Assembly (NCBI RefSeq): GCF_006345805.1
Contig: NC_043013.1
Location: 20,460,001 to 20,524,000, forward strand
From: Octopus sinensis
Lineage: Eukaryota
Reading direction: 5' to 3'
Length of the DNA: 64,000 nt
Shown: piece by piece, positions 27,322 through 40,967 of the stretch
How the letters are laid out: every line of letters begins with the position of its first letter
Numbering within the stretch: position 1 is the stretch's first letter
Translations under genes and position numbers: made by a program
The notes under the pieces: model-generated
Database searches by the model: none
Told to the model about the DNA's origin: nothing
Seen by the model: the letters and a program-made list of their open reading frames with translations, nothing else

Positions 27322-28199
27322 CTGTGAGGAGGGAAAAGGAAAAACATAAAAAAGAAATCTCGTGACTGAGTCAAGAACGATAATGAAAGCTGTGAAGGAG
27401 TGGTGGTTGAGTAAGAGTGTCAGTGTGAGCAACGGAGACATTGCCATTTTCCCTCGTCAGACTAGTATAACTTCAAGGTGTCTTTAATCACTTCTGTGCT
27501 TTCTTCGGTTCTCTCCTCTTTTTCATTACTTCATTCGAATTCTTTCATTCTCTCCCTCTCTCTCCATCTCATATACACACTCCCTCTTACAAATCTCACA
27601 CGCAAATATACATGATACATACACAAATCCACACACAAGCACACATATATACATACAAATATCAACACGCACACCCACATATACATATATACCATAAATG
27701 TCAAACTTTTCCTTGTGTGTCTGTATACATGTATATATACATGTGTGTGTGCGTGTTTGTGTGTTTGTATGCATATGTATATATATATATATATATATAT
27801 CAGCTACAAATATTATTTTCTTACAATAGTGAAGTACTGATTTATAATTGTCGTCAAGTTTTAATTAAAGAAAAAATAACAATTATTATTTTGTTTATTT
27901 TACTAAGAGTAATTATAAATCATTTGTAAATATATAAACTCAACTGATTTTTGCTTTCGTTTTTACTGAAGGCGGAGAATAAATCATAGTTATATTACTT
28001 GTTTATTTACCTTAAAAATATCCTGTCGATGCGAGTTCAAATAACGATGACAGTAGCAACTCTTTTTTTCACTTCCGGACGGTACTTATAGGATCAACTA
28101 TATAGGTTCTCTCATTTGTGCTGTCTTTAATGACAATCATTGTATTATTTACTGTATTTTAACATCACTGTGCTGTTATATAGCAGTGAAACATAGATA

Positions 28200-28570
28200 C
28201 TGACAAAGAACTTATCAAACGGGATAAATGGATACCACACAAGGATGCTATGAATGGCCCTAAATGTGAAATGGAAGCAGCACATGAGAGGTGAAGACCT
28301 TTATGGAGGCCTGCCGAAAGTTAACGAGATCAAGCAAAGGCGGCTGCAACTATGTGGTCACTGTGTGCGCTACCTTGAACGGAAAGCATCCAAATTAGTC
28401 ATGTGGAACCCACTTCATGGTCACGCAAGAAGAGAAAAACATCGTCTTACTTATATCGACACCTTGATTGCAGACACTGGCCAGGAATATATCCAGCACA
28501 CGATGATGGACCGAGAAGTGCAGTGGGTAGACTTTGTTGCTGCGGTCTGCGTTGGAACCTGGCCATAATA
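28200..28570 (+). mobile_element. RTE/RTEX-clade LINE 3' end remnant
   Basis: GYHTRML.MALNVKWKQH...LYGGLPKV...RRLQLCGHCVR...LVMWNP.HG...TYIDTL..DTG. Confidence 0.85.
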
Positions 28571-28748
28571 AAACTAAATCACCGTATTTTTCGGCAGACC
28601 TAAATTTACAGGCAAAAAAAAAAAAAATGGCTGGTCGACTTATACACTAAGATGACTTAACAAGATCAAAAGTTCTCTGCGAAATGCAAGATGCAAAATT
28701 GCAAAAAAATGTTGTTTAAATATTTACAATATATATTACCCCATTAAT

Positions 28749-29137
28749 CTTTTACTTGTTTCAGTCATTTGAGAGCGGCTATGCTGGAGCATAGCCTTGA
28801 AGAGTTTTTTAGTCGAACCAATCGATCCTAGGACTTATTTCGTAAGCCCAGTACTTATTCTATCGTTCTCTTTTGCTGAACCGCTAAGTTACGAGGACGT
28901 AGACACACCAGCACCGGTTGTCAAGTAGTGGTGGGTGGGGGCAAACACACAAACACACACACACATATATATTTATATACGACGGCCCTTTTTCAGTTTC
29001 CGTCTACCAAATTCACTCAAAAGTCTTTGGTCGGCCCGAGGCTATAGTAGAAAACACTTGCCCAAGATGCAACGCAGTGAGACTGAAACCGGAACCATAT
29101 GGTTGGCAATCAAGATTCTTACCGCACAACCACACCT
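28749..29137 (-). mobile_element. SINE family A, older copy
   Basis: Homology to 3887-4304. Confidence 0.9.
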
Positions 29138-31189
29138 GTGTCTTTGTCGACTATTATTCAAGAAAATACGGAATACAATGCGGTTTAGCTATTTTATCGA
29201 TCCTAGAAAGATGAATGGCAAAGTTGACCTCAGACAATTGAAATAAGTGTTGACAGGGATTTGCAACAGAAGTTTAACTGATCTGCCAGTTCATCGTCAG
29301 TACTCAGTCTTTTCTTCTGTTTCCTTCTTGAGAGTATATCTAATTCAAGTATCATGGCTACAAATGCCCATAGAATACTCAATCAATTAAAATTTCCCGA
29401 GAAAGAATCCAGTCCATCACACGGGCAGATGCTCATCATCAAAACCAGCGGAGGGATCATCGATGCCGCTATTTAACAGAACGGAAATTAACAGTTTCGG
29501 AAAATATTTACATTCAATTAACATTTCTTTCTTAAATAGATTTGTTAATTATGTTAATTGTGCTTTTAATTAGCTTAAATCATAAGGTATTTGTTCTAAC
29601 TTGGACTAATCACATATTTAATAGTTTCTTCTGACTTAGCATTGGTGTCTCATGTTACTGTATTGTCAACTGCCGGGTATGCATCACGAAATTCATTTTG
29701 TTATTTTAATATCATAGACATTTATAACGCTTGCATCCTGAGGATGCTACTGTACCCTGTCTCCGAATGCAGGACTAGCTGTCTCATCAGGCTGTGAAGC
29801 AGCTATTCATGTGTCTTCTTCAACACAACAACACAAGCTTTGTCGAGTCATACGTTATCCATTGGGTCAAATGTCTCTACCATTCCCAAAATTCATTCTT
29901 GCTGAATTGTTTGTCCTTTATCTTGGGCCAAATGTAATGGGTTACTTTCACGGAGATATCTAACAATTTTCTGATATTTTTTCAAGACATCTAAGTATTG
30001 AGTGAAGCCTGATTTCGACAAAGCCTCTAACACCTATGTCTTTAGGAAAGCGTATTGCCTCCCAGCCATTGTTTTCTAATGTAAGATGATCAGGTAATGA
30101 GGAACAGAACCCATTGTCTTCTAAAATAGTGTGACTGCTATCATAAATGTTTTACTTGAATTTCAGTAGCGATGACATATGTACGTGGAGATCCTAGAAG
30201 CTTTTAGTTATGTGGAGAAGAATAGGGTGAAGTGTTAAGTGCGGGATCAGTTATGGGGACGGGAAAAACGGGTGAGATGGTAGAGGTTTGATAACTGTGG
30301 TTTGTTTTCAAAAATGCAGAATCTATAGAAGAAACAATAAGAAACAAAGTGAGAGAAAGAGAGAGAAGGGGAAAAAGAGAGAGGGGGAGAGAAAGAGAGA
30401 GAGGGGAGAAAGAGAGAGAGAGAGGGGAGAAAGAGAGAGGGGGCAGAAAGAGAGAGAGAGGAGGAAGAAAGAGAGAGAAGGGAAAGAGAGAGAGAAGGAA
30501 AAGAGAGAGAGAGTGACAAACTGACAGGTAGACAGACAAATAGACAGAGACTATGAGTGTGTATGTGTGTGTGTGTGTGTGTGCTTGTGTCTGTATGTGT
30601 GTGTGTGTGTTTATGTGCGTGATTGAGAGGGATGTTGGTCAAAAATAGTTGATAAAAAGTGGAATCGTGGCCTTCTTTTCGATGTAGTCAAGGACGTTTC
30701 TGTGTCCAGCCCAAACCTCAACTCTAGATAAGAACTATACTTTAGTGTGGGTGTTTATTGTTTATGGATAACTATGAGTTATTGTGAAGAGATTTACTTC
30801 AAAATATATGCCAACATCTGTAGAAAGCTAATTCTACTAACAATCTTATTTAACCAAATTTTAGAATCGCAAACTTATTCAGAAATCCCATTTCTCGTAT
30901 GCTTTCGTGATGAATAAGAGGAAATGTAAGATTTGGTCAAAATAAACAACCAAATCAATAAATAAACAATCCAGAGAATGAATATGTTCCCTTTTGGCAG
31001 GGAATGATCTCCGCGATTCATTTAATTCGACAATTTCCAGTCATTGATTTGTGTTACAAATCAATATGTTCACACATGACGGAAGTTTTATGAAAAGCTA
31101 CGACTTCCACTTCAACAGAGATTTCAAAATGGAAGACAAAACCCAATATAAATAACGTTTGTTGAATATATGGCCATGTATTTGTTATT

Positions 31190-31266
31190 CTCACTGTTGT
31201 TGTTGTTGCTGTTATTATTATTATTATTATTATTATCATTAATTTCAAAGAACTACAACAACTACT

Positions 31267-31330
<64 letters not shown>

Positions 31331-31500
31331 TTACTATTTTCATTACTATTACCAGAATCATTATTACTATTATCGTTATAGTTATTACTACTACTACCGC
31401 CATCACTACTACTACTATTTACTAGAGCTTTTGCTGCTGCTGCTGCTGCAACCACTACTACTAATACTTTGATGATTTTTATCGTTGTTATTATTAACTT
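31190..31500. repeat. Compound trinucleotide microsatellite (GTT/ATT/ACT/GCT)
   Basis: Direct reading; similar tracts at 21315-21410 and 32830-33165. Confidence 0.9.
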
Positions 31501-31884
31501 TATTTTCCATTTTATTTAATATTAGTTCCTGCAATCTCCAATGACTGCTGAATTATTTAAAATATTTTCGAGTTCAATAAAGTATGAACAAAAATCCACT
31601 TCAAATCATGAAATTCAATGCAAAAAAATATCGTTAAAAAAATTGGTAAAAAAATCATATTTTTGAAAGCCGCCATATTCACAGCAGTATTTCATTTACA
31701 CAAACCAAAGTGATATAAGTAAATTTTTCTACATATTTTTACTAATTTACGTAAATATGCCAGTGAGTGGGTATACGTTTATATTTGTGTTGTAGCTATA
31801 TACGTATGGTGTGAATTTTATGTATTGTGTTGTATGTGCGTGCGTGTTCTGTTACGTAAGTGCAGTATGTATTTTATCGCTTAT

Positions 31885-32072
31885 ATTTGTTTTAGCCGTT
31901 GGACTGCGGCCATCCTGGGGCACTAATTCGAAAGGTAATTATTATCATTTTTTTTTGTAAGTTTGCAACTTATTTTATTGGGGTTGTGTTTGCCGAGCTG
32001 CTAAGTTACTGGGACGTAAACAAACCAACACCGGTCGTCAAGTGGTCGCGGTGGACAAGCACAAACACAAAG

Positions 32073-32117
<45 letters not shown>

Positions 32118-32162
32118 CGTAGATAGATAGATAAAGATAGACAGACAGACAGACAGACAAAT

Positions 32163-32227
<65 letters not shown>

Positions 32228-32379
32228 CGGGATTGTTTCGGTTTCCGTCTACTAAAACCAATCACAAGGTTTTGTTCGGCCTGAAGCTATAATAAAGACA
32301 TATGCCCAATGTGCCATGCAGGGGCACTGAATCCGACACCCATATGTTTGAGAAACAAGCTTCTTACCACGCATCCATG
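31885..32379 (-). mobile_element. SINE family A, diverged, with internal (GATA)n expansion
   Basis: Homology on both sides of the microsatellite 32075-32227. Confidence 0.85.
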
Positions 32380-32404
32380 TCTGTATTTTCTTAAGCAAGA
32401 AAGC

Positions 32405-32453
32405 AAATCCCGGCCGCCGCGGTGAGAGTAAGGAATCTTAACCGCTAGAGCAC
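32405..32453 (-). pseudogene. Truncated tRNA-Glu(CTC)-like sequence
   Basis: GTGCTCTAGCGGTTAAGATTCCTTACTCTCACCGCGGCGGCCGGGA resembles eukaryotic tRNA-Glu GTGGTCTAGTGGTTAGGATTCGGCGCTCTCACCGCCGCGGCCCGGG; T arm and acceptor stem lost. Confidence 0.6.
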
Positions 32454-33414
32454 ACGCGTGTGTGCATGTGTGTGTGTGTGTGTGTGTGTGTGTTGTAATG
32501 TCGTTGAATAGGGGGTTTTTTTGTCAGTGAAGTGAAGTGAACAGATTTGTAAATTGTGGTTATCAGTTTACAAACCAATAATTTATTGGGAGAGAATATC
32601 AATAGAAATGTTACGAAGACCTACGTAAACCCGAAGATACGTCCAACAACATAAACACCAGCACCGTTCTCCGTTAAACCTCGCCATAGTCCTTCCGCCA
32701 TCTTGATATCAACATGTCCTATTCATGCATCTCCAACGCGTCTATTGTATTATGTCATGTGTTGGCCTGATAATTCTTTTGCACTTGAGAACATCCACGT
32801 TTATATAACATAACAACCACTTGATTATTCGTTGTTGTTGTTAATCATTATTATTGGTGTTATTGTCGTTGCTGTTGTTGTTCTGGTGATTGCTGCTTCT
32901 CCTTTCTAGTGTTGTTGTTGTTCTTGTTATTAGTTTGTTTGTTGCTAGTTTGCTGGGATGTATTCGTTCTTGTTTGTGCGACTGTTATCTTTTCAGCTGT
33001 CAATATTGCTGCTGCTGCTTTGACTACTGCTGCTGTTGCCGATTCTCTGGATGCCGTTCTTGTTCATACATTTACCGCTGATGTGATTCAAGTGATTGTG
33101 TTGCTGTTGTTGTTGTTGTTATTGCTGTTATTTTTGCCCGATTATTCTTGGTGTTGTTGTTGTTAGTTTTCTTGCTGTTATCGTTCAATTATATGAATAA
33201 TAGTGTAATCAATCAATGAATCGATATATCAATGAACGAACTGTTCAATTACAATGGCTAAAATATTCCATGGACACACATAACCTTAAACTAAAGGTCA
33301 GAATCAATGTGACATTGCACGTAACATGGTTGGTTAAGCGTTCAATTCAGGATACGCACACATATAAAACTCTCTCTCTCGCTATGTATATATATGTATG
33401 TATATATATATATA

Positions 33415-33445
<31 letters not shown>

Positions 33446-33945
33446 TGCATGCGTACATACACACACACACGCACACACACACATACATATATATAAGCAT
33501 AACATCATCAGAGGGAAGGAAAAGATGTACATGTGGATGAAATATGTGTATTTGTGCAATATGTGTGCAGTATGTGTGCAACATGTGTATTTAGCAGTAT
33601 GCAAAAATTGATTCTCTTAAAATGAATTCACAAACACACATATAGCATCCAAAGTACATCTTTTTTCCTTCTGATTAATATCCTCATGTTGCATAAATGT
33701 AAATTTAATGTCTATTAAGTTATTATTAGAAACGGGTGTAAGAGAAAATTATCAATTTGCTGTTAATGATAAACAATTATTAACTTCCAAATCTTTATTT
33801 TATTCTTTTAAATGCATATAAACTTTATGTTGTTATATATCCCTATTATTTAAAGGAAATTCACTGCCTCAAAATACTAGGTATTGGACCAGTATTTCCT
33901 TGGATGAAACCATCCCGTCATGAGATCAACACAACCTTTAATTAA

Positions 33946-33972
<27 letters not shown>

Positions 33973-33981
<9 letters not shown>

Positions 33982-34192
33982 AATAGTAAAAAGTGAAAAA
34001 CTACAGAAGGCTGTTTTAAAAGGTTAAAAAATATATATTTGAGTCACTATGTCTGAAGAATGTTATAAATTTTTTCATACAATGACATAGTTTAGAAGAA
34101 ATGACCGGTTTAAAACAAGCCTTCTGTAGTTTTTTCACTTTTTACTATTTTCTATATATTCAACCACGTGCTTTCACAAACCAACTTTCTCA

Positions 34193-34194
<2 letters not shown>
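33973..34194. mobile_element. Fold-back element with one-sided tail embedded in (TA)n
   Basis: Arms 33979-34020 / 34108-34152; tail TTCAACCACGTGCTTTCACAAACCAACTTTCTCACC at 34159-34194. Confidence 0.8.
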
Positions 34195-34242
<48 letters not shown>

Positions 34243-34850
34243 TATAATAGAAAATTTAGACAAATACGTATAATTAAATTGGTGTGTTTAACTGTTGAGT
34301 AAAGCACCGTTACAGTTTAGGCTACCTGTTGTTATCCGTAGTTGTGTTACTCTTCCATTGGATTTACTTCAGGAATATCGCAATGGGTCGAAATATATGT
34401 TTTAACTTATAAAAGTCTGATAGGAAATCTATCTAATAATTTCAAGTAATACTGTACATATATATATATATATGTACACACACACACACACATATATATA
34501 TGCATACACAAACACGCACGCACACACATACACACACACATATATTTGTACAGTATGCAGTGCTGATCTGGCCAGGTTGCTAGCTTGCCCGATGGCAAGT
34601 GGACCCCTTTAGACATATACGAGGGCCTATGCCAGTATGTAAGGGGCCTATGAAAAAAAAAACTTTAGTTTCAAAGAAAATATCTGAAGTCACAGAGAAA
34701 GAATATTGAAGAAAATTTTAGAAAAAAAGGTCAACAATTAAGCAAAGCAGTTGGTAAAAAATTCAGCAGGGAATTAATAGAAATCAAAATATATGATATA
34801 GCAGAAAGTTAGTAGTGATAAAGTGTAACTAAATTTATATACACATTAAT

Positions 34851-34882
<32 letters not shown>

Positions 34883-35489
34883 ACATACACATGCATATAT
34901 ATAGGCAACACAGATATACATACATACAAGCACACACACAAATACACACATACACGCAAACACACATATAAACATACATATATTGGTACTTTTAAACTTC
35001 ATTATTTCTATGAGGCATTGAAAACTGGTCTTTATGAACGAACAAGAAATGTTCTAAAATGTAAATTCGAATTTAGCTTTAGCCATAAAATTACATCTCA
35101 CAGCTAAAAACATTTTGTTTTCGGCTTTAAAATTATTGTATATGTCTTCAAATGTTTTTCATTAAATTGGACTTTTTTCTTTCTTACTTTTGTCTATATT
35201 TTTCATCGTTTTGTACCATTCCAATTCGTCAAGCATTTGAAATTAAGATAGAGGGTGGGGCAAAATGTGTTTTCTGATTTCTTGTTATTTTCTCCCTACT
35301 TCTTTGAAGCTAAAACATTGCAAGTATTACATCATTTGTTCTGTTGCATCATCTTTTTGGGAGTAAAAAGTGGTCAGCATATTTCTTGTTGAAGTCGAGA
35401 CAGTTTTGAAACACAATCGGGTGAGAGGTACTTTTGTTTCAAGGAATTTTTCCTCAAATTCGACCTGATATATATACATACATACATGT

Positions 35490-35494
35490 GTATG

Positions 35495-35528
<34 letters not shown>

Positions 35529-36573
35529 TATATATATATATAATATATATATAGAGAGAGGAGAGAGAGAGAAGAGAGAGAGAGAGAGAATTCACAAAAA
35601 GCAAAAGAAGAAGACAGGTAGTGTACAAAACAAACAGATAACGCTTGGGAATTGAAAAAGTCTTTAGCGTTTTGAGCCTACGCTCTTCTACTGAAAGGGA
35701 CACAAAGAAACAGAGAGAGAAAAAAATGTGTGTAGTGGCTAGCGATCTATCATATATATTTATATATATGTGGGAGGAGAGAGAAAGAGAGAGCGAGTGC
35801 GCGTGTATATGTACACCTGCGTGAATGTGTGTAAGAATAGAAATAGATATGTAACATTTCTATCAGCAATAATGCTGCATGACGCACGACAATGGCGGAC
35901 TGCTGCTAGAACTTCGCAACATTCTAAAAGACGATTCCAAAATGTCAACAACTGATTATGGCATTTGAATAACAGGAGTAGCTTGTAGAGGAAGAGGCCT
36001 AATAGATTCAACAGATGATATCGTCAATTTAGAAATAGATTTTTCTTAAATTTTTACCTTTTTCCTTCCTTGTTTGCATATCGGAAAATGATTTCCGCTG
36101 TGGAATGTATTTTGTTATTGGTAGAAATTATAAATAAATTAACAAATATATAATTACAATTGTTAATGAATGAACGAGAAAAATGTATCATATTTCCACA
36201 ATTAACAATGACGCTTGGAATAAATTTTAAATATTCAATAATAAATTGTAAAAGATAATTTGCAACACAAAATATATCTTATTTCTTTTTAAAGGTGTTT
36301 ATGTATATGAAGGAAGTGCTGTGTGTGTGTGTGTGATTGTGAAAATCAGCGGTTATAGGTTCGCGTGTATAGTATATATACACACATATATTTGCACATG
36401 CATATACATATAGACAGATATATGCATATGTATTTACAAGTGATTATATATGCACACATATGTACATGTATATATCTATGTATATATTGTTATGCCTATA
36501 GCGATATATGTTTATATATATGTGTATGTATATATGCATGCATATATATATATATATATTATATATATATATA

Positions 36574-36623
<50 letters not shown>

Positions 36624-37563
36624 AAAAGCAAAAGAAGAAGACAGGTAGTGTACAAAACAAACAGATAACGCTTGGGAATTGAAAAAGTCTTTAGCGTTTT
36701 GAGCCTACGCTCTTCTACTGAAAGGGACACAAAGAAACAGAGAGAGAAAAAAATGTGTGTAGTGGCTAGCGATCTATCATATATATTTATATATATGTGG
36801 GAGGAGAGAGAAAGAGAGAGCGAGTGCGCGTGTATATGTACACCTGCGTGAATGTGTGTAAGAATAGAAATAGATATGTAACATTTCTATCAGCAATAAT
36901 GCTGCATGACGCACGACAATGGCGGACTGCTGCTAGAACTTCGCAACATTCTAAAAGACGATTCCAAAATGTCAACAACTGATTATGGCATTTGAATAAC
37001 AGGAGTAGCTTGTAGAGGAAGAGGCCTAATAGATTCAACAGATGATATCGTCAATTTAGAAATAGATTTTTCTTAAATTTTTACCTTTTTCCTTCCTTGT
37101 TTGCATATCGGAAAATGATTTCCGCTGTGGAATGTATTTTGTTATTGGTAGAAATTATAAATAAATTAACAAATATATAATTACAATTGTTAATGAATGA
37201 ACGAGAAAAATGTATCATATTTCCACAATTAACAATGACGCTTGGAATAAATTTTAAATATTCAATAATAAATTGTAAAAGATAATTTGCAACACAAAAT
37301 ATATCTTATTTCTTTTTAAAGGTGTTTATGTATATGAAGGAAGTGCTGTGTGTGTGTGTGTGATTGTGAAAATCAGCGGTTATAGGTTCGCGTGTATAGT
37401 ATATATACACACATATATTTGCACATGCATATACATATAGACAGATATATGCATATGTATTTACAAGTGATTATATATGCACACATATGTACATGTATAT
37501 ATCTATGTATATATTGTTATGCCTATAGCGATATATGTTTATATATGTGTATGTATATATGCA

Positions 37564-37570
<7 letters not shown>
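35490..37570. repeat. Tandem duplication, period 1027 bp
   Basis: Unique parts appear identical (35591 vs 36618; ORFs 35760/36787); differences confined to microsatellite lengths. Confidence 0.95.
35589..35755 (-). mobile_element. HHR-like mini-element (decayed core) in microsatellite; duplicate at 36616-36782
   Basis: Homologous to 55966-56150 and 63270-63455. Confidence 0.75.
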
Positions 37571-37637
<67 letters not shown>

Positions 37638-38776
37638 TACACACATACATACATACATACCTATACTTATATATAAATGTATGTGTATATATATATATTA
37701 CAGGGAGGGAGAGAGTGAGTGAGAGAGGGGGATAGATAGATAGATAGATAGATAGATATGAGTGTTTGCATGCAAGTCAAACCTAGTGAAGGAGGCGTAC
37801 ATAAGGATGATTGAAATGAATCTTGTAATACATCTATACACACAGACACACACACATATATATATGTACAAATATATATACATATATATACATACACATA
37901 TATATATGTATGTACATATATATACATACATATATATACATATGCATATATATATATGCGTATATGTGTGTTTGTATGTGTGTGTTTGCGTGATCGTGTG
38001 TATGAGTGTATGCATACTCACTCAGACACACGTAGAAACACGCACATACATTCATACATGGTTAGGAACTGCAGCCACAGGAGCAGACATTTGCATAAGT
38101 TATCGTGCAAAGATGATATTAAACTCATATGTACACATAACTATGAACGTGTATCTTCAGACACATATAAAGCCTCCAACACTCACTTATACACACACAG
38201 ACACCCGCACACGTTCCTCGTATTTGCATCTGTAGACGACCAAAGATTAAAACATGTCTTATTACAACTACTATTACTACTGAAATAAACGATTATTAAT
38301 TTATTAATTATGCTGATCAGATTTGTTTGCTGTCGGCCGAAAAAGTTTTTTTTTAAATGTCTGAAAGAGAAAGCAAGATGGCAACGAATGTTGTCACGGG
38401 ACTGGAAGTGTTTTATACGAGCGAGAGCAATTATTTCAATTCATTGCAGGTCTATCTGTTGTCAACGTTTGTTTTGGGTGGTTATTGGATTAGTAGAGCT
38501 TTTGGGACAAATAATCGATAACAATATAAGAGAAATAGGTGTAGGAGTAGCTTCCTTACCTCTATCGTGGAAAGACGTGTTTTTTTTTTTTTTAGCTCGC
38601 GCGGTGAAAACGTTATGCTGTTGTAAAAACGGCGTTACACGTTCGGTTCTCTTGGGAAGTCGGAAAAGTCGCTTTGAGTTAAAAGGTTTATTGTTTTTAT
38701 CGTTTTTCACGGGTGAATTTGGTCTGCCTGTGTGAGACAGACGAAGGAAAATGAGTTTTCCTCATTAAGAGGAAGA

Positions 38777-40380
38777 ATGGAGGTAACAGAAATAATGTTC
38801 AGAGAGTCGGAAGAAGAAGAGTTAGTGGAGGCGGTAGAAAATATGGACATGATACTAGAGAAAAGGACATACGCGGGTGCAACAAAGCCAGTGGAAAAGG
38901 AAATAAATCTGGCAAACTTGCCGGAATGCCAGGACATGATAAAAAGAATAAATGGAGAGGTGGAATTATTGCTGCCCAACAGGAAAAGAAATAAAATGGA
39001 AAAAAACAGAAAATAATATACAGAGTATTAGCAAACGACAAGAACATAACAGACATGATAAACATGGAAATGATAGAGGAGGCCTTAAGAACAACAGAAG
39101 AAGAAATAGTATTCCTCGCGAGAGGAAATAAGTGAGCCACAGTGGCGGTGCAGTATAAAAATTAGGAAACTGCGAGAAGAATGTCCGCAAAGACGATAAA
39201 AAATCATAAAATAATACTTCTACTCACTTATCTGGGGAGAAGAATATCAAGAATTAGGGTGGAGGGAATTCCACGGGATATCGAGGCAGAATTAGTAATA
39301 GCAGCGGTTACCTGCGGTTACGAAGATAAAGTTGACCTAGTCCAAGCGACTATAACAGAAGATAAAGGATGGAGAGGAACGACACTGGAAATGAGCGTCC
39401 AAGCAGTAATGGAAACCCTACAAAATTTGGCGGAGTCGATTACGACAAACGATATAACGATGAAAGTATGGGTGGAGGGTAGAACCCTTCGTTGTTATAA
39501 ATGTGGCCCTTAGGCCACATAAGAGCAAACTGTAATACGACAGTGGAAGAGATAATCAAGGAAACAGCAGTGGAAATGGTAGCACCCCAGAAGGAACAGG
39601 AGGAAACAGAAGAAAAGGAGAGTCAAGTGAAGGAAGACGGGAAAGAGTGGGAAACCCCGGGAAAAAGAAAACAGCGGAAAAGAAAAAAAAGGCAAGTAAC
39701 TGTGAACCGCAACCCACCCCAGTACCAGCCTCACCCATTGTGTCCCACCCCGTCCCTGCAGACACCAAACCCACCCACTCTCCACCAACAAGAAAGCAGA
39801 AAGAAAACAAACAAACGACAACACAAAACCCCACTCTGAAGAATATTGTATAGGTATTATTGACAGCAAACATTTAGGTACTAGTATCGTAGTCTGGTCC
39901 CGGTTTGCGCACACGCGCGTCCGCGCTAGCCAGATGTAGGCAGTCGATCCTACGAGCTGACTGGCGCATGCACGATATATACTTGTATCGATATATACTT
40001 GTATATATACGATATATACTTGTATCGTATATATACAAGTATATATCGTATACAAGTATATATCGTATATATCGATACAAGTATATATCGTACGTCTGGC
40101 TAGCACGGACGCGCGTCTGCGCAAACCGGGACCAGTCTACGCTACTAGTACCAAACATTTATATGAAAGAGTGAAAATATGGGGAAAGATAGAAATGTCA
40201 GATGGGTGGCATCAAAAAATGGAATTGGTAATGTCAAAAAGTCGGAAGAAAGACCTTGAAAAGGAACTTGAGGCTGAATATATGTTAATAAGAGGTGCAT
40301 TGGCACCGGAAAAGAGGAATAAACTAGAAGAAATATACGCGGTTAAATTTGGGGGCTTTGTGGTTTTCGCGGTAAAATAG
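38777..40380 (+). pseudogene. LINE ORF1p pseudogene with CCHC zinc knuckle
   Basis: TYLGRRISRIRVEGIP...KVWVEGRTLRCYKCG/PLGHIRANC (CX2CX4HX4C across a frameshift), acidic/basic linker EWETPGKRKQRK; interrupted by a MITE. Confidence 0.8.
39877..40152. mobile_element. Mutator-like MITE, 276 bp, 9-bp TSD
   Basis: ~64-bp TIR GGTACTAGTA...; perfect TSD AAACATTTA at 39868-39876 and 40153-40161. Confidence 0.92.
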
Positions 40381-40967
40381 GGGGGGAAAAAAAGGACAAG
40401 TAAGCGATGTTGACTGATGGGGCAGTTAACATCCCTTTCATCTCTCATTTTCACTCTTTTTCTCATCATATCATACGATAATATTTTTTTGATATTTTGT
40501 GTCCCCAATGTGTTTTAGTGTCCCCTCTTTGTAATGCCTTCATGGCAAATATTTATGAAATAGTTTCCTTACCTCTGTCGTAGAAAGACGTGTTTTTTTA
40601 GGGGGTGGGGCGGTGAGTCAAACGTTTTGTTGCACGTAGATAATTTTTTCTATTGGAATTGTTGTCTATTGTTGAATATTTTCGAAATATTGAGCATTGT
40701 TGAACTCTGAAAGTTTTTGTGCTTTTTCCCGGTGACGGGAGAAAGTAATTGTTCAAATATTGAAATTATTAATATTGAACTTATTAATATTATTAATATT
40801 GAACTTATTAAAGCCGTTGTAGGCTTTATTGTTGTGTCCCCCCCCCCCACTCGTCATTAAGAGGAAAAAAATATTATAGGTTTCCCGTGTTTTGGGATAA
40901 GCAATTTATTATTGCGTGAAAAATTAAATTTTAGCCGATGTAGGCTCTATTGTGGCACCCGCCACAA

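Larger units (their letters stand above)
38548..40561 (+). mobile_element. ORF1-only (HAL1-like) derivative of a Tx1/L1-type LINE
   Basis: 5'UTR, one frameshifted ORF1, then a ~180-nt 3'UTR ending in the Tx1-type tail; no endonuclease or RT. Confidence 0.75.

Noticed and set aside
29340-29600. Possible conserved enhancers (also 5920-6200, 46595-46900, 47220-47400)
   Set aside because: Cannot be supported without cross-species alignment
29640-30200. Complex-sequence block possibly from a transposase or RT
   Set aside because: No motif I can identify with confidence; same for 1320-1620, 25200-25530 and 26080-26520
31054-31472. Poly-S/poly-Y ORFs, also 8449-8847 and 32890-33166
   Set aside because: Trinucleotide microsatellites without coding context or splice support
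34617-34630. TACGAGGG mariner-like TIR start (similar at ~50255)
   Set aside because: No partner TIR or transposase nearby
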